NCBI GenBank assembly: GCA_028023455.1
Contig: JAQFVV010000004.1
Location: 18,972,001 to 19,036,000 of the forward strand
Reading direction: 5' to 3'
Length of the DNA stretch: 64,000 bases
Source: Epiperipatus broadwayi
Taxonomy: Eukaryota; Animalia; Onychophora
Position numbers and translations under genes: made by a program. The notes below the pieces were generated by a model. The model was not told the DNA's origin, ran no database searches, and saw only the letters and a list, made by a program, of their open reading frames with translations. Each line of letters starts with the position of its first letter. Within the stretch, counting starts at the first letter, position 1. This document shows, one piece after another, positions 27,867 to 38,809 of this stretch.

Positions 27867-27872
27867 ACTTAC
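27867..27872 (-). other. 5' splice donor of the cadherin intron (CAC A|GTAAGT, phase 1)
   Basis: Consensus GTAAGT immediately after ...NPALH. The ORF continues only into low-complexity intron-like sequence. Confidence 0.85.
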
Positions 27873-29142
27873 TGTGTAATGCAGGATTCCTAATGCGGAT
27901 AAGAAAATCTATGGTTTTGCCTTGCTCTAAATTTTCATAATCAAAGGGTTTTACAACCCTGATACTTCCAGTAGAGGCACCGACATCTATCCACTTATTG
28001 CCCCCCACAACCTCAAAGGTATCCCCGTCGTTTTTTACGAGCGTGTACACCTCCTGACCTACGGTCCTGTAGTCCGTCTCTTTGACGTCCAGGGTAATGG
28101 TCGGGCGGTCGGCACGTTTAACACGACGAACGTCCCCAACTTCGTTGATCGGTGACCCGATGTAGTTGTGGTTCAAGTTGTCGGTGACTTCGACGTGGAC
28201 CCTTGCCGGTATACCATACTGGGCAGGGTTTCCATTATCGAAGGCCAAGACGCTGAATTCATAGCTCATAAGCTTTAAATCTCCCAAGGTGATAATTTCA
28301 CCAGATTTGGGGATAACTGCGAAGACGGGGTGACTTTCATTCATTTTATAAGTGACGGAATTTCCGTCAGCATCTGTGGCCGTGACGGTTAATACTGTGG
28401 TGAAACGCGGCGTGTCTTGTAAAATACTAAATTCGTAATCAGATTGCTCAAAAATAGGGGCATTATCATTGATATCTTTTATAGTAATAAAAACTTTGGT
28501 TGTGGCATGATCTATGTCTTTGGCATCTGAAGCATGTATTTCCAATTCGTATTTATCTTTTTTCTCTCGATCTATAATATCGTTGGTTACAAGTTCAACA
28601 CCATATTTTCCATGATAAATCTTAAGTCGTAAAGAGAAGGCATAACCATCATTTCCGGATATAATTTTGTAGATGACACTTTTATCATCTTCGGATGCAG
28701 AAACCAACTGTACATCGTCTAATTTTACCACTTTTCCGCTAGGCTCATTTTCAAATATTTGTCCAGAGTAGTGTTTAGATCCAAACTTAAGCATTTTTTT
28801 ACTATCCAAAACAAATAAGTTAACAGTTTCGGTCCTTATCGTCTCCCTCGCAAATTCATGAATAATAACTAGGATTAGAGGTTTATTCATCCACTCAGAA
28901 ATGTTTCTGGTTATTACCAGGACTGCATGATTTCTATCGGTGTCCGACATCACAGTGAAATATTTTGAAATATTCGATTCCTTAATTCCAAATTTTTGTC
29001 CATTATCTTCAAATCTAGTTATTTCGTATCCAGGAGGAACGTCATGAGGAATCACAATTCGTCGAATTGCCATTCCCAATAACATACACACATTGCATTG
29101 CAATATTATGCCGAGAACCAACCAGCGCTGATGAGCCGCCAT
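27873..29142 (-). CDS. CadN: First coding exon of a neural-cadherin-like (type III classical) cadherin; gene continues beyond the left edge
   Basis: ATG at 29142 in good context (gcaaacATGg) and hydrophobic signal peptide. Cadherin motifs DRE, ASD, DINDNAPIF, ATDADG, AFDNG. The RRVKR|ADRPT...WIDV...GSIRVVKPFDYENL...KTIDF segment matches, from memory, Drosophila CadN RVTR|AVRPT...WVTV...GAVRVKKKWDYEEL...KTIDF. 423 codons plus 1 nt. Orthology versus paralogy is not established. Confidence 0.88.
28114..28128 (-). other. Furin/proprotein-convertase consensus site RRVKR within the cadherin ectodomain
   Basis: CGT CGT GTT AAA CGT fits R-X-K/R-R and lies in a non-cadherin linker between repeats. 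Confidence 0.7.
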
Positions 29143-29342
29143 GTTTGCTCGCAAAAAATTTTAATACAAAGGCCTGTGACTAGCACTATTCCCTGCTATG
29201 AATACATGAATAAAGTTCTACTGGTTCGTAAATATGAGAGTGACCGGCACCCGTTCATATAACGTAATTTTACTATAATAAAAATTTCAGACGTGTGGTT
29301 AAAAAAAAATTTTTTTAAAAAAAAAACAAAAAAAAGCCTTAC

Positions 29343-29630
29343 CGTGAGGGAGGCAGATTGAAAAAATGGACGTTAGCCAAGCACTGGGCTAAGCTAAACG
29401 TTAACCCTAATGTTGGCTATCAACTAGCTAGACAATGTAATAATCATTGAAAAAAAAAATCCCTTTGATTCCACGGTCAGCTGAAAAATATATGTATAAA
29501 CTAAAAAGTTCAGAACGATAGTTCCAACACGCCAAATAACGTCTCACCCGAGTAGTCTTACTACTCTGAAACCTCCGTCCGTCAACTATCTCCTTTTGAA
29601 ATAACCGTCTGCCTTCCACATAGAACTAAC
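29343..29630 (-). other. Candidate non-coding 5' UTR exon of the cadherin gene
   Basis: Strong donor CG|GTAAGG at 29342-29337 followed by a T-rich tract. Candidate acceptor ttcatagcag| near 29193. Inr-like TTAGTT near 29625-29630. No transcript evidence. Confidence 0.4.
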
Positions 29631-30461
29631 AGCAGATACATTATCTACACATACTCCCTCGAACTCATTCTTATTATTCACGTGATACATTTATTTCTTC
29701 TGAACTGTTTCTATACAACAATTATAAATAAAAACTAAAAATTTGTAAATATTGAAGGCAATAATAAAATAAATAAAAAACTGTTTATTAATCAAATTGT
29801 ATGTGATTTTGATTTTATATTAATTTGGGGGGGAAGCACAAAATGTATTACACATTTGCAAAGGTGTGCATGGAATTTGTAAAAAGGGAGTATGGGTTGA
29901 AATGATGTCATCGCAAAACAACCTTGTGCTAGCGGATTTTTAAATATAGAAAGATCCGATAGCATTCGTTGCTTAATGCTGGCGATATTTCCCGGAAGTG
30001 ATTGGAAATATTGGTATTAAAGACACCTTAATTATTATTTAAAAAAATAATTTTATTAACCATTCCCGGATCTTCAATTTCCTTTATTGCTCATAGTATC
30101 GCATATTTACCTTGATTATACTTTTATTTTTAAGCAGGTGTAATTGGAAGGTGAAAAAATATGGACGTTTTCATAAACCGACTAAAATTACTTTGCTACT
30201 ATTTACTGTACATAAATTTATATACAAGCACACATATAATTATTACACTATATATACAAATATGGAATTGCATTAATAATTTTATATTAATGTAATAATT
30301 AGATTATTTTTCAAAATCCAAAATAATGGCATTGCAATTAAAATGATATCCAAACTGACATGATAAATATTTTTCAAAAAATTATTCTTAAATGTGTTAG
30401 ATAAATTGATGTTAAATTAGGCATTCGGTATAATCAATGTATTATAGTTTTTACAAATTTA

Positions 30462-30475
30462 CTGCCATCTAGTGT
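30462..30475 (-). promoter_or_regulatory. CTCF-like motif upstream of the cadherin promoter
   Basis: Minus strand acactagatggcag versus the consensus CCACYAGRKGGCAG (one mismatch). Motif match only. Confidence 0.25.
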
Positions 30476-31247
30476 ATATGTGTATTTTTTTTAAAAATTT
30501 AAACAGGTTATTAGCTAGAGGGAGTGATATGTTAGCAAATTTTTAGTGAACTAAAAATGTAAAGAAAAGATAATTAAATTTTAATGTGTATCCTTGTGAA
30601 TACACAATGTTAAAAAAAAAAACTTAGATTTTCTTGGTAGTTTACATCTTACAATATATTTTGTTATTTATAATTAATAGACGTGGATAAACGTCTTGCG
30701 CATATATGTTGGGAACTATACGGCTGACAGGCACCAAATAGCGGAATGATCTTATGATATCAAGGCTAACTGTTAATAACTAATAAACAGTGTACGACTA
30801 AGTGTACCTCCTGCTGCCTTGTAGAATAAGATAATCTTTTCTAGCTCTCTTTTTTTTTCGTACTGTCTTCGGTCATTTAAAATAATATAGAGATCAATAT
30901 TGTGTCGTGAATCTCTCATGCTATCAAATATCTCTACACTAACTGCGACAATGGAATTGTTTTTGTTTTGTGCGCAATAATTCTAATTTCATTTTTCCTT
31001 CGCAAATTAAGAAAGCAGTGATGGGGATAGATTTAATAAACTGGAAATTCTTAGTTATGATATTTGTGCAAGATTGGTCAATATTAGAATTTGAAACAAA
31101 TTTGGCAAAGAATATATGTTTACCACGGAAATGGAAGAAATCTGAAAAAATATTGTATAAAACAGCTAGTTTTATACTATGTAGCTGGATTGCTATAGTC
31201 AAGCGTTGTTAGCAGCTAGTTTTATACTATGTAGCTGGATTGTTATA

Positions 31248-31360
31248 GTCAAGCGTTGTTAGCCGAGAGGTCATCACAACCGCCTTGCAAGCAAGTAGTT
31301 GGTTGCAGACGGTTGTGGGTTCGCGTCCCGGCAGATGCTATGACATATGAAAAAAAAAAA
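31248..31360 (+). mobile_element. tRNA-derived SINE with poly(A) tail
   Basis: A-box-like tagccgagagg, B-box-like gggttcgcgtccc, 3' ...gatgctatgacatatg plus A-run. The 5' side carries a 50-bp tandem duplication (31163-31212 and 31213-31262). Second copy at 34503-34619. Confidence 0.8.
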
Positions 31361-31449
31361 GATAGTAAAAATAATATCAATAATATAACAGGAAACAGTG
31401 GTGATAAAGATAAGTATTAAGAAGATATTATTAACTACTCAAAACCCAA

Positions 31450-33850
31450 CAGAAAACAAAACTAGTGAATAATGGGCTATCGAGATTTAAGATGAATATA
31501 ACTGCTCTAAATGAAACTCGTGTGTCAAAGGAAGAAAACTTAATAAAATAGATGGATAGATGACTATAAGTCTTTTGGAAGAACACATAAATCAGTGAAA
31601 TAAGAAAACATGATGTTGAACTTAATGTAAAGTCTAATTTAGTAGTTGTTCTATTTTTGGAATTCCTTGATTTAATAGTATTAAAACATGGCTTGTACAG
31701 TGGTATCAGTACTCATTTTATTAATCCATATGGTCTGATATTAGATTAAGAGAACTCATAAAAGATATTATTTTTGCTGGATAATAAATATTATTACATC
31801 AATGATTAAACTTTCATCTTGAATACTTTATTACATTTACTGGTACAAATAGACTTTGACCAAAGGTTGTTGGGAATAATTGTATTAATGTTGGAAATTC
31901 AAATGGTTTATAATAATGTTTGCACAACACATGGATTTACTATTACAAATGCTATGTTTAGGGGGGGGGGCACACTATAAAACAACATGGATGCATCTCT
32001 TTAAAAAAAAACAGTATTTAATAGATTGTATTATAAATAAGAATCAGAATATAAGAGTTCATATTATGCAAGCATATATTATTAGACAGATCATAGATTA
32101 GTCCACTTCAATATTAAAAATGATAATTGTATTAAAACATAAGCCTTATTACAATCACTCACAAGAAAATCGATGTTGATTCATTAATAATATCTACTGT
32201 TTGTGCTAAATTTCAATATATATTAATCACTAAATATTGCTAGTTTCCCTTTTCAAAATTGTCATGCTACTGTGGCATGGAATTCTTTTAAATAATATAG
32301 ATACAAGTAAATCTATTCTTGATTCATTAAATAAAAAGAATCTTGACTTTTTTTCTGACAATGATCTTCTAATTAATCACTTGATTAAACTAAACATTTG
32401 GAATTTTCTGCTTAGTGATATAAAAAATTAAATGTAAAAGTTCATAATAAATATAGAGATTTAAAGGAAGAAGTTCAACAGTTGATAGAAAATTTTAAAA
32501 ATAATTAGTTAATTAATACTGCAAAAAAGATGCAGATATTTCCTGATTGAAGCATTGAAAGTTAGATCTGGACCTGAAAAACAATTACGCTTTTACTAAA
32601 TCCAGTAATGACACTCTTTTATATGGAGACATGATATTTTAAACTAATGCAAGGAGTACTTTAATCATATTTTGAATAATGATACATGAATTACATCCAT
32701 TTTATCTATTTACTTAGATTTAATTGAAATATCCAATTTAGTGAAGCCAAAACATTTATTTGTAATCTTACAAAACAAGAAAAGCTGCTGATCTTGTTGA
32801 GATATCTGGAGAAATTTTTAAAAGTGATAATGATTATTTACTTCAAAAATACTGGGAACTTTTTAGGCATATATGGACTCACAATAGACAAGATTGCAAT
32901 AATTATGAAGTATTATCTATTACAATTAAGATATTTCAAGGAATCAATTGTTGGTTTTAGAGAATACCAAAAAAATGTAAAAAAAGGGTCAGGAACAAAA
33001 TTATGATTTGTATATTGCTTTTACTGATTTGTTCAAGGCAATCACCTAAGATTATTCATATTTTGGTTTCCATATGGTAGAATGAGAGAAAATATTATTA
33101 CTACAGTTACAAAATTTGGGCATTTTAAACGAAAACTGATGTTAAATATGGATGAGTAGTTACCTTTTTTTAAGACTATGATATTTAGGACCACTTATAG
33201 GTAGACAGTAGCATGAGTCAAGAATCAACATGCGATACATGTTTGATCATGGAATTTTTTTATTTAAGACAAGTAATCTATTGATGATTGTGCAATTCTT
33301 TCCAATTCAAAAGCTAATCTACAGAATGCTCTTAAGGTTTTGAATAGAACATAAAATTTTTGATTTAAAAATTAAAAACTCAAGTTTTTATCAATCGGTA
33401 ATTGGAAGAAAAAATTTAATTTCTAATTTAGATGATTATCAACTTGAGAATGTAAACTAATTTAAATATCTTAGTACTTTATTAGTAGAAGGTTGAATTT
33501 ACATGTTAACATGCAGCACGTATTCTGCAGTTTTTAACAAGTCAAAAAATAGAATATTTCATCATAGTGAAATAACTATTGCATCTAAATTAATTGTATA
33601 TAAAGCTATTTTTTATCCAATTTATTGCATTGGACTCTATAGACATAACATAAAGGCATTAGAACATTTTCACTTCAGGATGCTCCATAAAATTGTTAAA
33701 ATGCAGTGGTAAGAAGACCAATCAATCAGTATATTCTTTAATTTGTTATTTGTCATACTGCAGAGTTTACTATTGTAAAGTAATCTTTATTTTATTGTAT
33801 ATGTGAAGAAAAAAATAATATAAGATTTCTAAATAGATTGTTTTATTATT
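31450..33850 (+). mobile_element. Decayed RTE-clade LINE (APE plus RT)
   Basis: ALNETR-like segment near 31500, GNSNG and KTTWMH (about 31900-31995), FTDLFKA (about 33020), FKYLS (about 33465), ALEHFHFRMLHKIVKMQW (ORF 33503-33712). Confidence 0.7.
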
Positions 33851-33928
33851 TTCATAAATGTGACAGAAAAATTATCTCAAAGACATTCTAAAAAAGCACA
33901 GTGTGATTGCTTCATCAGAAAAATATGG

Positions 33929-34347
33929 GTATCACAGAGGCAAAACTCTTCATACAGTAGCTCCACTCAATGCAAGCCAAAGTAATCAATGGATGAAGGA
34001 AGATTTGTGCATAAAATCCCTAACTAATACCTACTCATCTAATATTCCCCGACTAATTTCTAGCTTATGACTTTCATCAGTGAGAAGCCTTAGATCTGAG
34101 TGCACTGCACCTAGATCTTAGGATCTAATGCAACCCTCCAGCAGCTACCTTTTACTTTTTTAGCTATCTATAAAGCTTTGAGTCCAAAATGAAAACATGA
34201 TTATGAAAACATGATAATGTTTTCAAGCTCTCATTAGTTTGTATAATTGTATAGATCTGAACTCAGTTCAGCATCCATACTTTTTGGTGTCTTTGATTCT
34301 TTAATAAAAAAAACAGTTTGTGTAAGCTAAAAGAATGGTGATCATGT
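33929..34347 (-). mobile_element. Copy of the hammerhead/retrozyme-like family (long antisense arm plus short inverted tail)
   Basis: Aligns with 55980-56330. The minus strand HHR at about 34046-34086 reads CTGATGA-a-agt cataa gct-a-GAAA-ttag-TC-gggga. Direct repeat gaaaaatatgg at 33918-33928 and 34348-34358. Confidence 0.8.
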
Positions 34348-34502
34348 GAAAAATATGGATAGAGAATAGAATACATTGGAGAGCTACAATTAGACATGGT
34401 TTTGAATTATTTCAGAAAGAAAAGTTTCCTGCAGAAGAGATGTATCTGTTTCAATATTGATTTGAATATTATCACAAAATTCATATTTTTTATTGTTTTG
34501 TC

Positions 34503-34619
34503 TTTTTTTTTTTTTTTCCATATGTCATAGCATCGGCCGGGACGCGAACCCACAACCGTCTGCAACCAACTACTTGCTTGCATGGCGGCTGCGATACCTC
34601 TCAGCTAACAATGCAAGAC
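34503..34619 (-). mobile_element. tRNA-derived SINE, second copy
   Basis: Reverse complement nearly identical to 31248-31360. 14-bp TSD ttgttttgtctttt at 34493-34506 and 34620-34633. T-run is the poly(A) tail. Confidence 0.88.
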
Positions 34620-35939
34620 TTGTTTTGTCTTTTAATTCTTTTTTTTTATTTGAGTTGAAATGGCTATACTCATTTGTGATTGGCTGCTAGTTATTTATTA
34701 TACTGTATACAGTATATACATTGGAAGTAATTCTATATTTTTCAATATACCAATAAATAAATAAAAGCTATAGCCAATTTATGACATGACTGCAAGTCTA
34801 AATGGCTACTTAGAATGGCAGTCATGCTGTAAACTAGTTAGTTTTTACTTATTGATATATTAAAAATTATAGAATTATTATCAACATTTTGTTTTATTGT
34901 ACACATTGAATAAAAAAACATTTCCATATTAAACTTTTCAATTTATCTATACATGATAAAAATATTCTAACAGAAGTACAAAAATAGCCCAATGTTTTCC
35001 ACATGAATGGAATATGAATAGAATGACTTGTGTGTGTGTGTATATATATATGTTATTCAGACATTTCTTACTGAAATCACTAGTTAATTTTTTACTTTTA
35101 TCTCTCTTTTTTTTTTTCTAACATTCACGCTTTCTTTAAAAATATCAATTAAACTCTTTGTTTCTGCAAGTTTCCTATTTGGTATTTAAACATGTTCTAC
35201 TAAAGATTAATATTATTACCAAATTTTATTCTTCTTAATTTATACTGTTTTAACAGCTGAACAAATATATACATAATAATGTGTATGTATGAGTGTGAAA
35301 TTGAAATCTTTTCTGGGTCATACTGCATATTAGTTAAAAATAAATTTTTTTAAAGATTTTAATTTCATCATATATCATGAAAATCTTAGTTTTAAATTTG
35401 CAACTCAAATCAGATTAAAGTAAATAAAATATAAATAACATTTCATAATTAATATTGTTCTTCCAACATTTCAAAGTAGGAATTATATTATAAATCTTAA
35501 TAAGTTATTTATGCCTTTAACAAGCACATAAATGGTATAAAAAAATAATATATCTTCAAGTAAAAAAAGTTAAGCCGTTTATTCCTTACTTTCTTTATAT
35601 ACTGCACATTAGAAAATAGCAAAATGAAATATAGATTTTAACTTATAATTAATTAAAATTTAAATGAACAAAAATCAGGTAACAAACATGACATGACAAT
35701 GAGATTATTACATGTATAGAGATTGCTCTATTAACATTATTATTCTATGCATTTATTATTCATACCTTTGAATAAATTTCTTTTTTAAATAAAATATCAA
35801 TATAAAAATTAATCAAGTTTATAATATAGATATATTGTGTTATTATGGCAATTGTAAACTATATACATATATGATAAAATGAGCAATACTCTATTCTAAT
35901 ATCATCTACAATAACTTTGAATAATCAGTGATTATAGTG

Positions 35940-36780
35940 TATTTTCCTGAAGATTTGTTATGATGGTATTTTAAATTGTGATAATACATTGGACTATTTC
36001 CATCATCTATCATTAAATGTTGAATGTCTAGAAAATTTTAAACTTTATTTAAACTTTTCAAATACAAACAACTGCTAGTAATAACACACAAAATTGACAA
36101 CACAGATTAGTAATTCCTGTCTTCGTCAGGTGTTGCTGGTGAACAGTGACAATACTAGCATAGGAGTTGCACTCACAATTTTAGATTATTGAATATCAAA
36201 CACTAATTAACTGAGGTCTTTTGTCAAAGGCAATAGAAATTTTGAGGGTTAGTTCAAATCCTCCTGATTTCTCCCCCTTTTTTTAATACATAATGTTTGA
36301 AAGCCTTAACCTTGCTCTTAGAAAAATGTACTAAAATAAAGAAAAGTGGATGAATCAGGAGAATTTGAACCAATCCTCATAGATAAGTATATGAAATTTC
36401 TAATGCCTGTTGCCTTTGACAAAATAGCTCAGTTGGTTAGAGTATTTGATATTCAAAAATCTGAAGGTATGAGTTCAACTCCTATGCTAGCATCATCATT
36501 AGTCCAGTCGGCAACCCCTGAAGAAGAATGGAAAATACTACTACTTTGCCTTAAAATTTGATATATAAGAATCTAAAGGTGTGAGTTTGATTCCTAAGCT
36601 AGTACTATCACCAGTCAGGACAGCAATACCTGAAGGAGAGTGGTACTCAAAATAAAATAATACAGTAATACCATGTATAATCTATTAACTTGTATTGTCT
36701 ATTTTGTGTGTTGTTTGTACTTGAAAAGTTTAAATAAAGTTTAAATTTTCTAGACATTCAACATTTATTTGATGGTGCTA
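35940..36780. mobile_element. Decayed inverted-arm repeat with tRNA-like head and hammerhead-like core
   Basis: Left arm (minus, about 35940-36215) and right arm (plus, about 36420-36780) are homologous. A-box tagctcagttgg at 36425-36436 and B-box gagttcaactcc at 36471-36482. CTGANGA-like motifs at 36123-36129 (-), 36518-36524 and 36630-36636. The body also matches about 13690-13860. Confidence 0.55.
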
Positions 36781-38419
36781 AGTGATTATAATGTGTGTAA
36801 ATCAATTACAGAAAAATGCCTTGGAGTTATATAATCAATGTAGCAATAGCAAACATTAACAAACATATAAATAATTATTTATGGATATTAGTATCTAAAC
36901 TCTTTTCATACAAAATTCTAAGAATATTAACAAAAAAAAACTACCAGATTTGAACTAGATGATATTGGTATTTTGTCAATATATAAAAATGAAACCCTAT
37001 AGCAGAATATGTGGTGTCCTTTTATTTGTCATAAATATTTTTTGTCACTGTGGTTGGAGAAATAATCATAATTGATGAGAAAGGATCTGATCTATCCAAT
37101 ACAACAAAAAGAATGAACATACCTAATAAAAGTCAGAGGACATACAATGATTTATCAGTGATGATACGTTTCAAAATTTATCATGGTGCCACATGGAAAT
37201 ATGTTCATTTATAAAAGTGTTGGCATCAAGTTTCTTAATAGCATTTTCCCAACTAAATATTTCTCAAGATTCGTAAATGGTCCTTTGATGTGGATTAAAC
37301 AAAGAATTTGTTTTTTACTTATTATTAAACTATTGTGTCTTTTTTCAACAACTTAAATTAAAACTCAGTTCTTACTAATACCTTTAAGCAAAATTGTAAC
37401 ATCAAGCTTTTTATATTTGTGGCAAAAAGACAAAAACTATTTTATCACAGCTAAGATTTAAATGGTATTTGGGATATACAACAATTTTTCAAAATCAAAA
37501 TTATACTGTTAAATAATTTCATGAATACTGCTGGAAGTATTATTGTAGATTTAAGATATCCACCAACTAAATTAATATTTAAATATATAAATTTATTAAG
37601 CGCTCAGGGATTATTTAACTCGTGAGTTCTACTATGGTCTAAATGAAATACAGATTCATTACTGCACAATTATCAGTTAAGATTCAGTTCCTATAAAGTA
37701 ATATGATAATCTTAGGAGACATGAAAGAAGAAGAATTAACTGAAAAGTAAAAAAAAACTAGCCATGATTTTAGCCTACAGTTTTACATGTTAATTTCAGA
37801 TGGGAACTTTGCTGTTATTACGTATAAATTTGATGCACATTAATTAGTAAAATAAATTTTAAAAATAAATCTTAAAATAGATGATTTCACTTTAAAAATA
37901 TATATATATTTCAAATTAATCTTTGTTGAAATAATTTTGATTTTAAATCCAAAAAAATATTAATGGTTCTTTCAAGTACCTGTAAAAAAAAAAATTCAAA
38001 TTGTGTTTAAATATGGTTATGATTTTATAATTGCATTTTTCTTTGGGCATGATTAAATAATTTTCTAATCTTTTACAAAGTCTAATTTTGATTCATTCCC
38101 TAAAAATTATTGCTTTACTCAAGTAGATATTTAAAAATAATCCTTCAGTTGTTTATGATAAATCTTCTTTTAGTAAATTATAGTAGACTTTAAAAAAAAA
38201 AAACCTTTAAATATTTCCAAATATGTTATACCTTCATCATATAGTAAATACTATAACTATAAATAAACTTTTTTTAAAAGTTAAATTTAGGTTATATAAA
38301 TGTTTTTTATTGTTTTTCTATGTAAATTGTAGTTCTTAAAAAAAACTTAAAAAAGTAATTATATAGTTGTGAAATTGAAACTGTATAATATTTAAATAGT
38401 AAAAATAAGTAAAATATTA

Positions 38420-38787
38420 GTAAACATGCAAAACTCTCCATACAGGAGTGCCACTTCTGTCCCAACCAGAGTAATTATTGAATGCCAGAAGGCTTGTGCA
38501 TAAAATTCCCATCTAGTGCCTACTCATCCAATATCCCCAAACTAGTTTTTGGCTTGTGGCAGTGCACTCACATGCAAGGCTCCTCACTGAAAAAGGCCAC
38601 AAGCCAGAAACTAGTTTGGGGATATTGGATGAGTAGGCACTAGATGGGAATTTTATGCAGAAACCTTCTGGCATCCATTGATTACTCTGTTTGGCATAGG
38701 GTGACACTACTGTATGAAGAGTTTTGCCTGTTTAATAACAGTTAGGTGCTAGCATAAGAGATGGTGATTATGTGATGTTTAGTAGTT
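38420..38787. mobile_element. Hairpin copy of the hammerhead/retrozyme-like family
   Basis: Antisense arm about 38425-38560 and sense arm about 38560-38787. Decayed HHR at 38581-38622 (CTGAAAA core). 14-bp TSD taagtaaaatatta at 38406-38419 and 38788-38801. Confidence 0.85.
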
Positions 38788-38809
38788 TAAGTAAAATATT
38801 AATTTTGTA

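Larger units (their letters stand above)
27520..31350. promoter_or_regulatory. CpG-island-like region spanning the cadherin first exon and upstream promoter
   Basis: CG dinucleotides are visibly frequent here (especially 27950-28440 and 29200-29620) but rare in the flanking tens of kb. Contains an E-box tcacgtga near 29678-29685. Confidence 0.55.

Noticed and set aside
27778-27872. C-terminal extension of the 458-aa ORF (SKFFILFYNTIVKCKKLTVYTQVIRISSFDL)
   Set aside because: It begins at a consensus GTAAGT donor and has no cadherin character, so it is read-through into the intron. The TTG start at 29154 is likewise rejected in favour of the ATG at 29142.
29400-29412. ttaacccta as a telomeric repeat seed
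   Set aside because: Single occurrence with no array.
31248-31360. Functional tRNA gene
   Set aside because: Non-canonical arm lengths, altered T-loop (TTCGCGT), poly(A) tail, and a TSD-flanked second copy indicate a SINE.
36420-36490. Functional tRNA (Lys-like) gene
   Set aside because: A and B boxes are present, but the acceptor and anticodon stems do not pair and the sequence is embedded in a repeated unit.
38513-38707. ORFs MSPYAKQSNQWMPEG... and 620-847 MPEGLCIK... as a small protein encoded by the repeat
   Set aside because: They are antisense to the HHR, are not kept open across the four copies, and show no recognisable domain.
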